Source of the DNA: an uncultured Candidatus Saccharibacteria bacterium
GTDB lineage: Bacteria; Patescibacteriota; Minisyncoccia; Phycocordibacterales; WO2-35-19
Length of the DNA stretch: 64,000 bases
Reading direction: 5' to 3'
Assembly (NCBI GenBank): GCA_964589445.1
Contig: CAZPQX010000004.1
Coordinates: forward strand, 17,632 to 81,631
Both the position numbers and the translations under genes were made by a program. Under the pieces are notes generated by a model, which saw nothing but the letters and a program-made list of their open reading frames with translations, did no database searches and was not told the origin of the DNA. Below are positions 18,898-28,482 of this stretch, one piece after another; within the stretch, counting starts at the first letter, position 1; each line of letters opens with the position of its first letter.

Positions 18898-20253
18898 CTA
18901 TTTTTCAGTTTTCAAAACTTTTATAAGCTCCTCTCGTGCGACTGTCGCATCGTCCCATTTTTGTTTAGTGCCGTTTGGACCCATTATATAAGGGTCTGTA
19001 CCTTTACCAGTAATCAAAACAGCTGTTTTTTCTTTTTCTTGCATGCTCTTAGCTTTTGTTAGGGCAGAGGCCACGGCAGTTCTTCTGTCCATTATTATTT
19101 CTACTTTTTTCTTGTCTTGTATTCCAGAAAGCATTTCCTCGAGTATTTGGCGCGGATCTTCGTCGTAAGGATCTTCGTTGGTAAGTATTATTTCATCGCA
19201 ATATTCTCCTGCTATTTTGCCCATTTCTGGTCTTTTCCATTTATCTCTTCCACCACCCGTGTTTCCAAGTACACAAATCTTTTTTTGGTTTTTATAAGTT
19301 TCGTACACTGCTTTTAGGGAATCTGGGGTGTGGGCATAATCTACAACCACATCAAAGTCTTGTCCTTCACTTATTTTTTCCATTCTGCCTCTTATAAAAT
19401 TTATTCCTTCAAGCGACTTTTTTATAATCTCCTCTTTTATTCCTATAAATTTAGCAAGGGCGATACAACCGAGCATGTTTGATACATTGAATATTCCGGG
19501 TAGATTACTCCTTATAACTGTTTTACCAACTTGAAATATAGAACCACTTTCATCTGCTTTTATATTTATAGCATCGCTAAGAGAGTAGGGGATTTTATTT
19601 TTTATTCTTAGAGAAAGAAACTTTTCTGATTCCTTGTCGTCTATGTTTGCTACTAGTACTTTGCCCCCGTAATCAAAACAAAAATTTTTATCAGTGTGGG
19701 AACCCTTTAGGGAGGAACTGTAAAAAATTTTGTTTTGATTACGGGGTTCTAGCTCCCTCCCTATATTCAGTTTTGCATCGACGTATTTTTCATAAGAGCC
19801 ATGTGACTCAATATGCTCAGGTGCCAGGTTGGTAAAAATGAGTGCATCTAAAAAGAGAAATTTATGGCCAAATCTGAGCGTTGCCTCACTGCTTATTTCG
19901 AGGATTGCAAATCTCGCGCCTTTATTTAGAGCTTCTCTCAATAATCTTTGTGTAAAAAATCTACCCCTAGTTGTCATTTTTGAGAGATTTTTCCTTTCTT
20001 CCCCAACAACTTTTGTTCTTATGGTATTTGAAAGTACTGTTTTTTCGCCACATTCTTCTAAAATCGCATTCATTATTTCTGTGGTTGTAGATTTACCCTT
20101 GGTACCAGTCACCGCTATCACATACATTTTTTTAGCAGGGAAGCGGTATATGATCGCTCCAAGTAGAGAGAGTGTGAAGTGGTAGTAGGGTTGTAACTCC
20201 TTGAAAATTTTTTTAGGAATAATTTTTCTGCCTAAATCTAATATCTTTTCCAT
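18898..20253 (-). CDS. murE: MurE-type UDP-MurNAc-tripeptide ligase with an in-frame insert
   Basis: VTGTKGKSTT, TNLAPEHIE, GRME, VDYAHTPDS, GGGRD, GKG. Confidence 0.9.
   Translation of the reverse strand: MEKILDLGRKIIPKKIFKELQPYYHFTLSLLGAIIYRFPAKKMYVIAVTGTKGKSTTTEIMNAILEECGEKTVLSNTIRTKVVGEERKNLSKMTTRGRFFTQRLLREALNKGARFAILEISSEATLRFGHKFLFLDALIFTNLAPEHIESHGSYEKYVDAKLNIGRELEPRNQNKIFYSSSLKGSHTDKNFCFDYGGKVLVANIDDKESEKFLSLRIKNKIPYSLSDAINIKADESGSIFQVGKTVIRSNLPGIFNVSNMLGCIALAKFIGIKEEIIKKSLEGINFIRGRMEKISEGQDFDVVVDYAHTPDSLKAVYETYKNQKKICVLGNTGGGRDKWKRPEMGKIAGEYCDEIILTNEDPYDEDPRQILEEMLSGIQDKKKVEIIMDRRTAVASALTKAKSMQEKEKTAVLITGKGTDPYIMGPNGTKQKWDDATVAREELIKVLKTEK
19665..19746. repeat. in-frame 82-bp palindrome inside murE
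   Basis: 26-bp arms 19665-19690/19721-19746 with one mismatch, plus inner CAGT/ACTG and CCCT/AGGG stems. Confidence 0.85.
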
Positions 20254-20255
20254 TT

Positions 20256-20816
20256 TTATTTTCCTAAGTTTACAAGAGCATATTTAATTTTTTCGTTCAT
20301 ACTCTCCAATTTTTCTGGCATCCCCCTCAATACATCTTGGATTTGTTTCTCTTTGTACCCAAGAGATTTTAAGGCTTCAAACACATCACTATTACTATCT
20401 TTAAAATCTTTTTCACTTCTTACTATTTTACCTGATAGCTCGAGTACTATCTTGTCAGCAGTTTTTTTACCGACACCTGATATTGTGGTGAGGTGAGATG
20501 TGTCTCCAGTTGAAACGGCAGCTTCTATTGCTCTTATGCCAGCCACACCTATTATGGTGAGTGCCGATTTTGGTCCCACTCCAGATACTGTCATGAGAAG
20601 CTCAAATATTTTAAGTTCTTCTTCTGTTTGAAAACCATAAATTTCTATAGAATTTTCTCTTACTGCGGTATGAGTCCAAAATGATGACTCAGCACCTAGC
20701 CTCAGGTTTTCTGTCGTACTTGGGGTAGTATTTATGTTAAAACCAATACCAGCAGTCCTGACTATGACTCTAGTTGGTTTTATATCGAATATTTCTCCTA
20801 TTATATATCCAAACAT
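20256..20816 (-). CDS. ruvA: Holliday junction DNA-binding protein RuvA
   Basis: YGF, VSGVGPKSA, GVGKKTADKIVLEL, ALKSLGY. Confidence 0.96.
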   Translation of the reverse strand: MFGYIIGEIFDIKPTRVIVRTAGIGFNINTTPSTTENLRLGAESSFWTHTAVRENSIEIYGFQTEEELKIFELLMTVSGVGPKSALTIIGVAGIRAIEAAVSTGDTSHLTTISGVGKKTADKIVLELSGKIVRSEKDFKDSNSDVFEALKSLGYKEKQIQDVLRGMPEKLESMNEKIKYALVNLGK

Positions 20817-20965
20817 GTAAATAATGCTTAGAGCCTAAGGCTAAAAGTTATTAGTAATAATACATTAAAAACAAATATAGAGCATTTGCCAAATTTGGTC
20901 AGGTATGTTAAATTGCTCCTGCTTGGTAGCTCTAAGCCATAAGCTTTTAGCTCTAAGCTAAAAAC

Positions 20966-21223
20966 ATGCCAATAACAACTTCAGCAAAAAAAGCAATCAG
21001 ATCTTCTACAAAGAAGAAAATTTTTAATTTAAGAAAGAAAAACCAGATGAGTTCTGTGGTTAAGCAATACAAAAAGCTTATAGACACAAAAGATTCAAAG
21101 GGTGCCGAAAAGCTCCTACCGAGCTTGCAGAAGGCGATAGACAAGGCGGCCAAGACGGGACTCATAAAGAAAAATACAGCAGCTCGCAAAAAATCAAGAC
21201 TTATGAAAAAACTGGCAAAATAG
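20966..21223 (+). CDS. rpsT: 30S ribosomal protein S20
   Basis: MPITTSAKKA...IDKAAKTGLIKKNTAARKKSRL. Confidence 0.96.
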   Translation: MPITTSAKKAIRSSTKKKIFNLRKKNQMSSVVKQYKKLIDTKDSKGAEKLLPSLQKAIDKAAKTGLIKKNTAARKKSRLMKKLAK

Positions 21224-21286
21224 CCAGTTTTTTCTTTTCCACACACTTTGATTGCTTATAGTGCTACACAATATAAAATTGTATAC

Positions 21287-21787
21287 ATGGAAAACTCTCT
21301 AAACAATCAACCCAATTCTTTTGGGGCGGCACAGGCGCCAAAAAAGAGCGGGGCAGTTAAAATTTTAAAATTATTTTTTGTATTGGTGGTCTTTGGGCTA
21401 CTTATATATTTTGGTCTATCGTTTTACCAAAAGTATAAAGTATCAAAAATAGTCCCAGAAGATTTTTTGGTTGATTCAGGGGTTGATTTCAATATTGTTA
21501 AATCTGAGCCTTTGCCAATAATGAAATTTGAGACTAACGAGGTACTGGCCGAAGAGGCAGTGGTTTATACAGAAAGTAAATACCAATACGAAGTATTGAA
21601 AGATTTCTATAATAGGATAATAAGCGGCGAGTGGGTCGCGGTAGATGGTACCAAACAAGAAGAGGACAAGAGTATATTTAAGGTCGTAGATCAGTCAGGT
21701 ACCCTTATGTTTATATATATAGAAGGTGGTTTGAACGAACCTTCTACTAGTGTAAAAATATACAAGGTTTATAAAAATGTAAATTAA
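21287..21787 (+). CDS. hypothetical single-TM protein
   Basis: ATG at 21287, one N-terminal hydrophobic helix; upstream of the large surface protein. Confidence 0.7.
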   Translation: MENSLNNQPNSFGAAQAPKKSGAVKILKLFFVLVVFGLLIYFGLSFYQKYKVSKIVPEDFLVDSGVDFNIVKSEPLPIMKFETNEVLAEEAVVYTESKYQYEVLKDFYNRIISGEWVAVDGTKQEEDKSIFKVVDQSGTLMFIYIEGGLNEPSTSVKIYKVYKNVN

Positions 21788-21788
21788 T

Positions 21789-24700
21789 ATGAACTTTAAT
21801 TCAATAAAAAAGGTAATTTTATTTTCTCTATTTCTTCTTTTTGGAAATACCATGGTTGCTTCGGCTGCGAGTACAGTCACTATAAATAACTACTACAATC
21901 TTAATAGTGGTCAGACTTGTAACCTAAGCTCTTCTTCTATCGAAACCTGTAGCTCTTTTGTAAGTGATCTTGGAGGTTACTCTTTTTTACCAGTCTCCAA
22001 TAACAAAATGAATTACAACTCCGCTTCCTACGGAGGCGAGTCCATTACAAATTTTACCAATAATGTAATAGGTCCAAATGCGGTCACTCAATATGTAGGA
22101 AGTAGTGTCGCGTCTAATGTTGCAGTGGCTTATGTTCCCGGGGATATTACTGCAGTTAGTGCCACATATCTCTGTAGTGGACCTGGTGGCGTGAGGCAAT
22201 ATTCTGTCCCGGTCACACAAACAAACGGTACAGTATCAACTTTTGCTAATGTTGACACAACAGCACAGGATTGTTCTGTAACTATAAATTTCAATCAAAT
22301 TAACACCAATTCTGGTGATGGCGATAGTGGAAGCGGGGGCACACCCCCTCCAACTCCTCCACCCCCACCTATAATAGACGATCCTTTTTCAAGTATTTCC
22401 ATTTCAGCCACACCAGAATCAACAACAGTTGATTATGGAGTCGCTACTACGACTTACTTCACTGTAGTTGTTAATAAAAATGGAGATTTTCCTGCAGATA
22501 TTTTGGTTGACTGTGAAAGATTTTCTATACCAGGCAACGGAGGGGGCGAGTGTTCTTTTGTAGATAACTCCAATAATCCTATACCAAGGACCCAAGCAAA
22601 CCAACCTACACAACCTGCTGCATTTTCTAGGTACCCAAAATATTATATGAACCCAGGACTTTCCTCTGTAACACTTAGACTTGCTGTAAGAAATTATGAT
22701 CAGTATGGAGGTGTTTCGAGCGTTAAGACTCATACAATACCTATACAGGCTGGGCTCTTGGATTCTCCAATACCAATAATTACTTTCAATGGTCCACAAA
22801 TACAAAGCCCAAGATGTAGTGGTAGTTGCACAGCAGGAGACACTATAAACTTAGTCGTTCAAAATCCAGCTATTTGTGAACCTACTACTTCTGTAAATGC
22901 TACTTCGCCAGCTAATGCAAATAGGACATTTACTTTATCCTGGGCTCCTGTTTCGAATGCTCTAAATTATACAGTTGAGGTGAGAGACCAAACCTCTTGT
23001 GTATCACAGGGGTGCGGACCCGTTGTTTATAGCTCAACTGTATCGGGTACTTCCGCAACCATACCTTTTGGTGGTGATGTCGCTGGTGTACCAAATAAAA
23101 GATTTGGTTACTTTATAGGCACAAATTATTCTCCAGCAAGAACTGCTTGTAGTAATATTGGCTCGGTATTTGTCTCTCAACCTACGGGAGGATCTACGTC
23201 TACACCATCAGGTCCGTCTGGAACAGTAAATATTACTTGTAACGGATCTCAAAATGTAACCATAAGCTCGGGGCAGAATTGTAACCTAGCCTGGAACTCT
23301 TCTAATATTGTGGCTGGTTCTTGTAACGCTTCTGGTAACTGGTCTGGTGCAAAAGCGGGGAGTGGCACAGAAACTAGGTCAAACATAACTCAAAATAGTA
23401 GCTACACTATTACTTGTAGAGACAACAATGGCGCCAATGTGACTTCAACTGCTAATGTAAATGTAGCAAATGCGCCTACTGCAGATATAAGGTGTAATGG
23501 AGGTGATGCGTGTACTGCCATTAGATTTTCAAGTACACCAAACCTCACATGGAGTTGTACAAATACTAATGGAGGTTCTGCCAGTGTTTCTCCTGGGGGG
23601 TACACTGCTCACCCCAATGGTGCGGTCACGGTAGGGCCATTTTCTGGGACAAGTGCGACTTACAACCTAACATGTACTTCAGCTACTGGTGCAGTGGCTA
23701 CCGATAGTGTGACTATAAACGTGGTAAACAATGTAGCACCAGGTACTCCTGCATACAGGGTAGACTTATACCCAGATCCTCTTACGTTTAATGTTGAGAA
23801 GGGTGGAAGTTGGAGTGGTAGTGCAACCATTACTAACATAGGTGATACGACTCTAAATATAAGTGCTTTTATAGATAATGTTGTAAGTAATTTTGGTGGT
23901 TGGTATTCTCAAATAAACCCTTCTCTTGTTTGTCCAAATCTTTTGCCATCAACATTTTATACATGTTCTGTTGGTTTTGGTGGACATACTATAAATGTTG
24001 ATCAGTTTACCACTAACACCTTTGACCTAAACTTTACCGAGCCAACAGCAGGTAATAGGCTTGATATACCAGTAACTGTAAATGTGGGTGGAAGACCGTC
24101 TTGTCCCACTGCTTCTGTTTCTCTTTCAAGTAACACCGTGGATGTAGGAAGTTCAGTTACAGCCAGTGCCCCAAATAGTGATCTTTCAAATTGTACTTAT
24201 TCTACAAGCAATGCCTCCGTTGCATCTCTTTCTGGTAACCCAAGGAATGTTGTAAATGGTGTAAGTGTCGGTACTTCAAATATATCAGCTCAGTGTGATT
24301 TTATGAGTAATTGGAGATGTAATGTAAATCCAGCTACATTAAACGTAGTAAACCCATCAGCTCCTTCTCCTACTACGTACTCATTCTCTGTGGCTCCAAC
24401 ATCACTTTCTTTTAGTGCAATCCAAAATGCAGCGGCGCCTGCTTCTAAGACAGTGACTGTGACAAATACAGGTACAGGAGCTTTGAATATAACTAGAACT
24501 CAAAACATGACGAGCGGCCCATTTAACTGGGGTAGCAGCGACTCTTCAAATTTCTCTCTTGCAGTAGGTGCTTCTAGAGTTGTCACTGTTTCTATAAATA
24601 GTACTGCAGGTGACCCAGGCAACTATGATGGCATAGTTACTTTTACTGATAGTAATGCTGGTTCAAAACAAGTACCTGTGGCTTTGGTGCTCGCACCATC

Positions 24701-24971
24701 TTCTTCTACTAGAACAATAGATGTAGGTACAAACTGGTGCGGTACGGTGACAAGCTCTCCAGCTGGGATAAGTTGTGGTACTACATGTAATGCTGGGTTT
24801 ACTTACAACAACACAGTGACTCTCACCGCTACTCCAAATACTCAATGCCTCTTTATTGGGTGGCTAGGGGACTGTGCTGGGCAAGACGCTACTTGTGACT
24901 TACTCATGACTTCAAATAGGAGTGCCACTCCAATATTTGGCCTCAAACCTTTCAACTACGAGGAATTCTAA
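21789..24971 (+). CDS. large secreted Cys/Ser/Thr-rich multi-Ig-like surface protein
   Basis: Signal peptide, poly-Pro linker, repeated L-x-W...Y-x-(I/L)-T-C beta modules, C-terminal GTVTSSPAGISCG...VTLTATP...F.GW.GDC module. Confidence 0.8.
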   Translation: MNFNSIKKVILFSLFLLFGNTMVASAASTVTINNYYNLNSGQTCNLSSSSIETCSSFVSDLGGYSFLPVSNNKMNYNSASYGGESITNFTNNVIGPNAVTQYVGSSVASNVAVAYVPGDITAVSATYLCSGPGGVRQYSVPVTQTNGTVSTFANVDTTAQDCSVTINFNQINTNSGDGDSGSGGTPPPTPPPPPIIDDPFSSISISATPESTTVDYGVATTTYFTVVVNKNGDFPADILVDCERFSIPGNGGGECSFVDNSNNPIPRTQANQPTQPAAFSRYPKYYMNPGLSSVTLRLAVRNYDQYGGVSSVKTHTIPIQAGLLDSPIPIITFNGPQIQSPRCSGSCTAGDTINLVVQNPAICEPTTSVNATSPANANRTFTLSWAPVSNALNYTVEVRDQTSCVSQGCGPVVYSSTVSGTSATIPFGGDVAGVPNKRFGYFIGTNYSPARTACSNIGSVFVSQPTGGSTSTPSGPSGTVNITCNGSQNVTISSGQNCNLAWNSSNIVAGSCNASGNWSGAKAGSGTETRSNITQNSSYTITCRDNNGANVTSTANVNVANAPTADIRCNGGDACTAIRFSSTPNLTWSCTNTNGGSASVSPGGYTAHPNGAVTVGPFSGTSATYNLTCTSATGAVATDSVTINVVNNVAPGTPAYRVDLYPDPLTFNVEKGGSWSGSATITNIGDTTLNISAFIDNVVSNFGGWYSQINPSLVCPNLLPSTFYTCSVGFGGHTINVDQFTTNTFDLNFTEPTAGNRLDIPVTVNVGGRPSCPTASVSLSSNTVDVGSSVTASAPNSDLSNCTYSTSNASVASLSGNPRNVVNGVSVGTSNISAQCDFMSNWRCNVNPATLNVVNPSAPSPTTYSFSVAPTSLSFSAIQNAAAPASKTVTVTNTGTGALNITRTQNMTSGPFNWGSSDSSNFSLAVGASRVVTVSINSTAGDPGNYDGIVTFTDSNAGSKQVPVALVLAPSSSTRTIDVGTNWCGTVTSSPAGISCGTTCNAGFTYNNTVTLTATPNTQCLFIGWLGDCAGQDATCDLLMTSNRSATPIFGLKPFNYEEF

Positions 24972-25011
24972 GCCAAACCTAAGCCTAAATTAGGACATAA
25001 ACTTTTATGAA

Positions 25012-25055
25012 ATAAAATAACCCTATTGACAAACAGGGTTATTTTATGATATTAT
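25012..25055 (+). promoter_or_regulatory. promoter embedded in a 13-bp inverted repeat
   Basis: ATAAAATAACCCT/AGGGTTATTTTAT flanks TTGACA (25026-25031); TG-n-TATTAT -10 at 25050-25055. Confidence 0.55.
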
Positions 25056-25114
25056 ATTAGGTAGATACCAGCGGTTAAACCGTCGGTCAAGATTTTTGAT
25101 ATTAGGAGACTACC

Positions 25115-26578
25115 ATGTCCTTTCGCTTATTTTTTGCGATGTACCTTGTCTTTGGTACAACCTCGTCCTTCTCTCAAATGGTTCCGCCCGAACGGGCAGA
25201 GCTAGTCAGTATCGGAGGACAATGGGGGGACGTGTTGCCTCCCAAAACCGAAGTCCGTGCCGTGGAGGTTCTCGGGTCGTCTGACCCGCTGCTGCCTTGG
25301 CAGGAGGAACTCTTCCAGAAGACGGGCTATGCTCGTCTCTTGGAACAGCGCGGCGCGGGTTTTTCCCACATTCGCGGAGCGGCTGTCGTCGTGATGGGTA
25401 CGGGGGTAGATGCAAATCACCCCGACCTTGTCGGCCGGGTGGATTGTGCCGTCTCGGAGACGTTCATTGAAGGAGGGGGAGACCCCTGTGTCGATGAATA
25501 CGGACATGATACCGCTGTTGCCACCATTGGCTTCGCCAATGGTGGGGACGGCATTGGGATGAAAGGATTTGCGAATAATACGCGAATCATCTCCCTCAAA
25601 GTCATGACGACCGGGATCAACGAATTCGGTCGGACAGTACTCAAGACTTCTCTTGACGCCATCATTAAGGCGTTCAGACGGGTTGGGGAGCTCGCTTTGA
25701 CCGAGGAAGCAGTGATTGTTATTGCTGCCTTTTCGATCGACGGCGTTGACCCGACGCTTCGAGGACTCTTCGCTGAGCTCGAGAAACAGGATCGAGTTTA
25801 TGTTGTCAGTTCAACTGACAACATACGCTTCTTGAACTCGGAGACCCAACCGGGTCTTCCATGTTCGGCGTCGACGCTCTCCAATGTGGATTGCGTCGCT
25901 ACGTTGACCATGGATGGCGGGCTCGCTCCCTGGAGTGCTTATGGCAAGCGTATCACCCAAACTGGGCGTGCTGCTTCATCCGGTGTGATCGCTGGGTACC
26001 CTGGAGGTCGCTACGGCAACTTCCTAGGGAACAGCGGAAGCGCTCCTCAGGTTGCGGCTCTTGCTTCACTCGTGTGGGGCTACGCGTACGGGAGGGGGAG
26101 GAACCTCACGGCTGCAGAGCTTAAAATGCTTATGCAGAGAGGCGCGAGCTTTTCTCCTGGCCTCGTCTCGGCGATCGTGCAGTACGAGGTGGCCACACCC
26201 CACACCTTGGACGCCTACCGGCTGTTTGAGGTAGTTGACCTTTACCTCGAAGGGAAGCTCCAGGCGCTCACCGAAGGGACTCTCAGGGTCTCTGGGGTGA
26301 AGTCGGGAGAGTTCGGTGTCGCTACTGACCTAAAGGTCCGTGAGCGGTACACAATTGTCGGACAGGGTTTTTCGGAGGGCTACTTGCTATTACTGAACGG
26401 GATGCCGATCCGGTTCAGTTACTCGGGGGAAATCGCGGAGTTTGAGCTCCCTGAGGCAGCATCTTTCTTCTCTTTGAGAGGAGGAGACAATGTCTTGTAC
26501 TTCGCCAGAGTGGACGAGGAGGGGAGGGCCTGTCCTTTCTCAGTCACTAAAGTCCTTAGCGGATTCCAAATCCGCTAA
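25115..26578 (+). CDS. secreted S8 (subtilisin-like) family protein with atypical triad motifs, GC-rich
   Basis: GTGVDANHPDL, GHDTAVA, APWSAYG, GNSGSAPQVAALA; signal peptide; AGGAG RBS. Confidence 0.8.
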   Translation: MSFRLFFAMYLVFGTTSSFSQMVPPERAELVSIGGQWGDVLPPKTEVRAVEVLGSSDPLLPWQEELFQKTGYARLLEQRGAGFSHIRGAAVVVMGTGVDANHPDLVGRVDCAVSETFIEGGGDPCVDEYGHDTAVATIGFANGGDGIGMKGFANNTRIISLKVMTTGINEFGRTVLKTSLDAIIKAFRRVGELALTEEAVIVIAAFSIDGVDPTLRGLFAELEKQDRVYVVSSTDNIRFLNSETQPGLPCSASTLSNVDCVATLTMDGGLAPWSAYGKRITQTGRAASSGVIAGYPGGRYGNFLGNSGSAPQVAALASLVWGYAYGRGRNLTAAELKMLMQRGASFSPGLVSAIVQYEVATPHTLDAYRLFEVVDLYLEGKLQALTEGTLRVSGVKSGEFGVATDLKVRERYTIVGQGFSEGYLLLLNGMPIRFSYSGEIAEFELPEAASFFSLRGGDNVLYFARVDEEGRACPFSVTKVLSGFQIR

Positions 26579-26613
26579 GGCACGCAATGGTTCGCCGCGA
26601 CACGCGGCAAAAC

Positions 26614-26669
26614 AAAAGCGAGTTCGTTTTGTTGTGGAGGGTGACTCTACGGCAAGCGACTCGCTTTTT
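26614..26669. terminator. long hairpin / terminator between convergent genes
   Basis: AAAAGCGAGT/ACTCGCTTTT arms with a G-U-rich inner stem. Confidence 0.6.
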
Positions 26670-26690
26670 ATCTTTTATTAATTTTTAATT

Positions 26691-28469
26691 TTACTGAACA
26701 ACTATCTCAATCCAAGTGTTTGCTGGTACCAAGCCTCCAAAAGCTGCTATTTGGTTGCTTGGATTGTTGTTTGTGCCTATTGAGACAATGTGCTGAGCAT
26801 TTGCTGGGCTTGGATTGTTCTCAGTGAGCAGTCTTATTTTAGATACATTTTTGGTTGATCCATAGTCGAGGACTATCCAGCCAGTACGATCCATCCTTGT
26901 GTTGTCTATGTTTGCAGCTATGCAAGCGTCTATTGTTTCGTTTAGTTTGGACCAGTCACAGCCTGGGGCAGTTTCTCCCGCATTCCATGTTGTGCTTATA
27001 TTTCCGTCATAAACCTTGTTTGCACCACCTGTATTGTTGTCTCTAAAGTAACTGTTTTTACACCACTCACAACTTACTTGGCCTGATGTTGGAGTTATTT
27101 TATTTCCCTGCAAATCATAAATTTCTATTTCTCTCCAACCTACCCAAGACCTACTCTTTGTATCAACTTTTAAATATCTGAAAGAAAGGGGACCTGTAAT
27201 TGTCTTTGAAGGGGAGAAGGTGGTAGGGATGGTAACAGTAGTACCTGTGTTTGTATTGCCTCCAGTACTTGTGTTGCCGGTGCCATTTAATTGAGCTAAG
27301 AGTGAATCTATAAGTGCTTGCAAACTACTTATCTGGGTTTGTAGTCCGCCTGCGGTGGTATTGCTGCCTGTAGTTGAGCCTCCTGTGGTGGACCCGCCGG
27401 TGTTCGAAGATGAGCAGGTCATTTTTGAATTCATAAAACTCAAAGTTGATGGACCTACAAACCCGCTACCTCGAGTCAAACCAACAGGGGAGAGTATGTA
27501 AGAAGCATACTTTTCTTGGTAAGCGATCACAGCATTATAAACTTGTGTATCGAAGGTTGTCTTTGATTGAGACAACAAGCCTTCTTTTACTAGTTCTGCT
27601 GTGAGTAGCGCTACTTCTGATCCGCTGTCTCCCATTCTTAGGCTAGAGGTTATCCTGGCGCAACTACTATTGTTTGTGGCTGTTGAGTTGTTGCTAGGTG
27701 TAATTGGGCTCGTTGGTGTTGTGAAGGTTGGGAGGGTGTAGCTTGAGCTTCCGGAAGTGATAAATGAAAGTGCATTTTTGGCTGCATTTACTTGGTTTGC
27801 CACAACTCCACTTATTGTAGTGGGGTAGTTTGTGCTACCTGAAGCAAATCCTGACCCCGTGCTTGTATTTGTGTTGGTATTTGTACTAGTGTTGTTTGTG
27901 CCCGTGTTTGTGTTGGTGGGAGTTGCACTAGTAAATAGAGACCATGTCGGGTTTAGATTTGAGTTTGTGAGTGCTGTGCCGTTATATCCTGCGAGTAGCA
28001 CAGCGTCGTGTCCAGTGCTCCCGTTTACTGTACAAGGAATATTGTAGTAGTAACCAGGAAGCCCTGGTGCAGATAATGGGTATGTAGCGATGCTTACTTG
28101 GCAGCTCACATTTAGTCCTCTCGCAAGACCTTCTTGTCTTGCTATTTGTGCACAAGCCAGGGCATCCTCCATGTTTAGTCTTGGATCACCGGTACATACA
28201 GTAGAGCTGGAGTTGCTATCGGAATTTGAATTATCAGAATTATTTGTACCCACATTGGAAAGATTTTGGTAGAAAGTTCCGTAGTAAGTTTGATTTGCTT
28301 GTTGTAGCTGGCTCTGTGTTGCAGGCTGTCCTGTAGCAGGATCTGTACCAGTAGAGAGTATTATCCTGGCTATTTCCTGATCAGAAGTTAGAGTTGATTG
28401 TGCAAATCCGTAAAATGGGTAAACAAGAAATAAGGAAAGAGTCAGGATTGATATTGTTTTTTTATTCAT
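26691..28469 (-). CDS. secreted surface protein with peptidoglycan-binding-like and discoidin (F5/8 C)-like domains
   Basis: Signal peptide; LRMGDSGSEV...AVIAYQ...GFVGPST; REIEIY...YDGNISTTWN...WIVLDYG. Confidence 0.78.
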   Translation of the reverse strand: MNKKTISILTLSLFLVYPFYGFAQSTLTSDQEIARIILSTGTDPATGQPATQSQLQQANQTYYGTFYQNLSNVGTNNSDNSNSDSNSSSTVCTGDPRLNMEDALACAQIARQEGLARGLNVSCQVSIATYPLSAPGLPGYYYNIPCTVNGSTGHDAVLLAGYNGTALTNSNLNPTWSLFTSATPTNTNTGTNNTSTNTNTNTSTGSGFASGSTNYPTTISGVVANQVNAAKNALSFITSGSSSYTLPTFTTPTSPITPSNNSTATNNSSCARITSSLRMGDSGSEVALLTAELVKEGLLSQSKTTFDTQVYNAVIAYQEKYASYILSPVGLTRGSGFVGPSTLSFMNSKMTCSSSNTGGSTTGGSTTGSNTTAGGLQTQISSLQALIDSLLAQLNGTGNTSTGGNTNTGTTVTIPTTFSPSKTITGPLSFRYLKVDTKSRSWVGWREIEIYDLQGNKITPTSGQVSCEWCKNSYFRDNNTGGANKVYDGNISTTWNAGETAPGCDWSKLNETIDACIAANIDNTRMDRTGWIVLDYGSTKNVSKIRLLTENNPSPANAQHIVSIGTNNNPSNQIAAFGGLVPANTWIEIVVQ

Positions 28470-28482
28470 GTTTTTTGTCTAA

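Noticed and set aside
16530-19746. Inteins or group I/II introns as the explanation for the inserts
   Set aside because: Far too short, with no Cys/Ser...His-Asn intein ends or intron core motifs. Another kind of RNA-level removal is not excluded.
19647-19835. + strand ORF resembling the MurE insert
   Set aside because: A by-product of the DNA palindrome, not a separate gene.
8257-20816. ruvA separated from ruvB and ruvC
   Set aside because: Ordinary gene-order shuffling; all three genes are intact.
25096-26681. Several overlapping short ORFs in the subtilase region
   Set aside because: Expected from high GC and few stop codons; no recognisable motifs.
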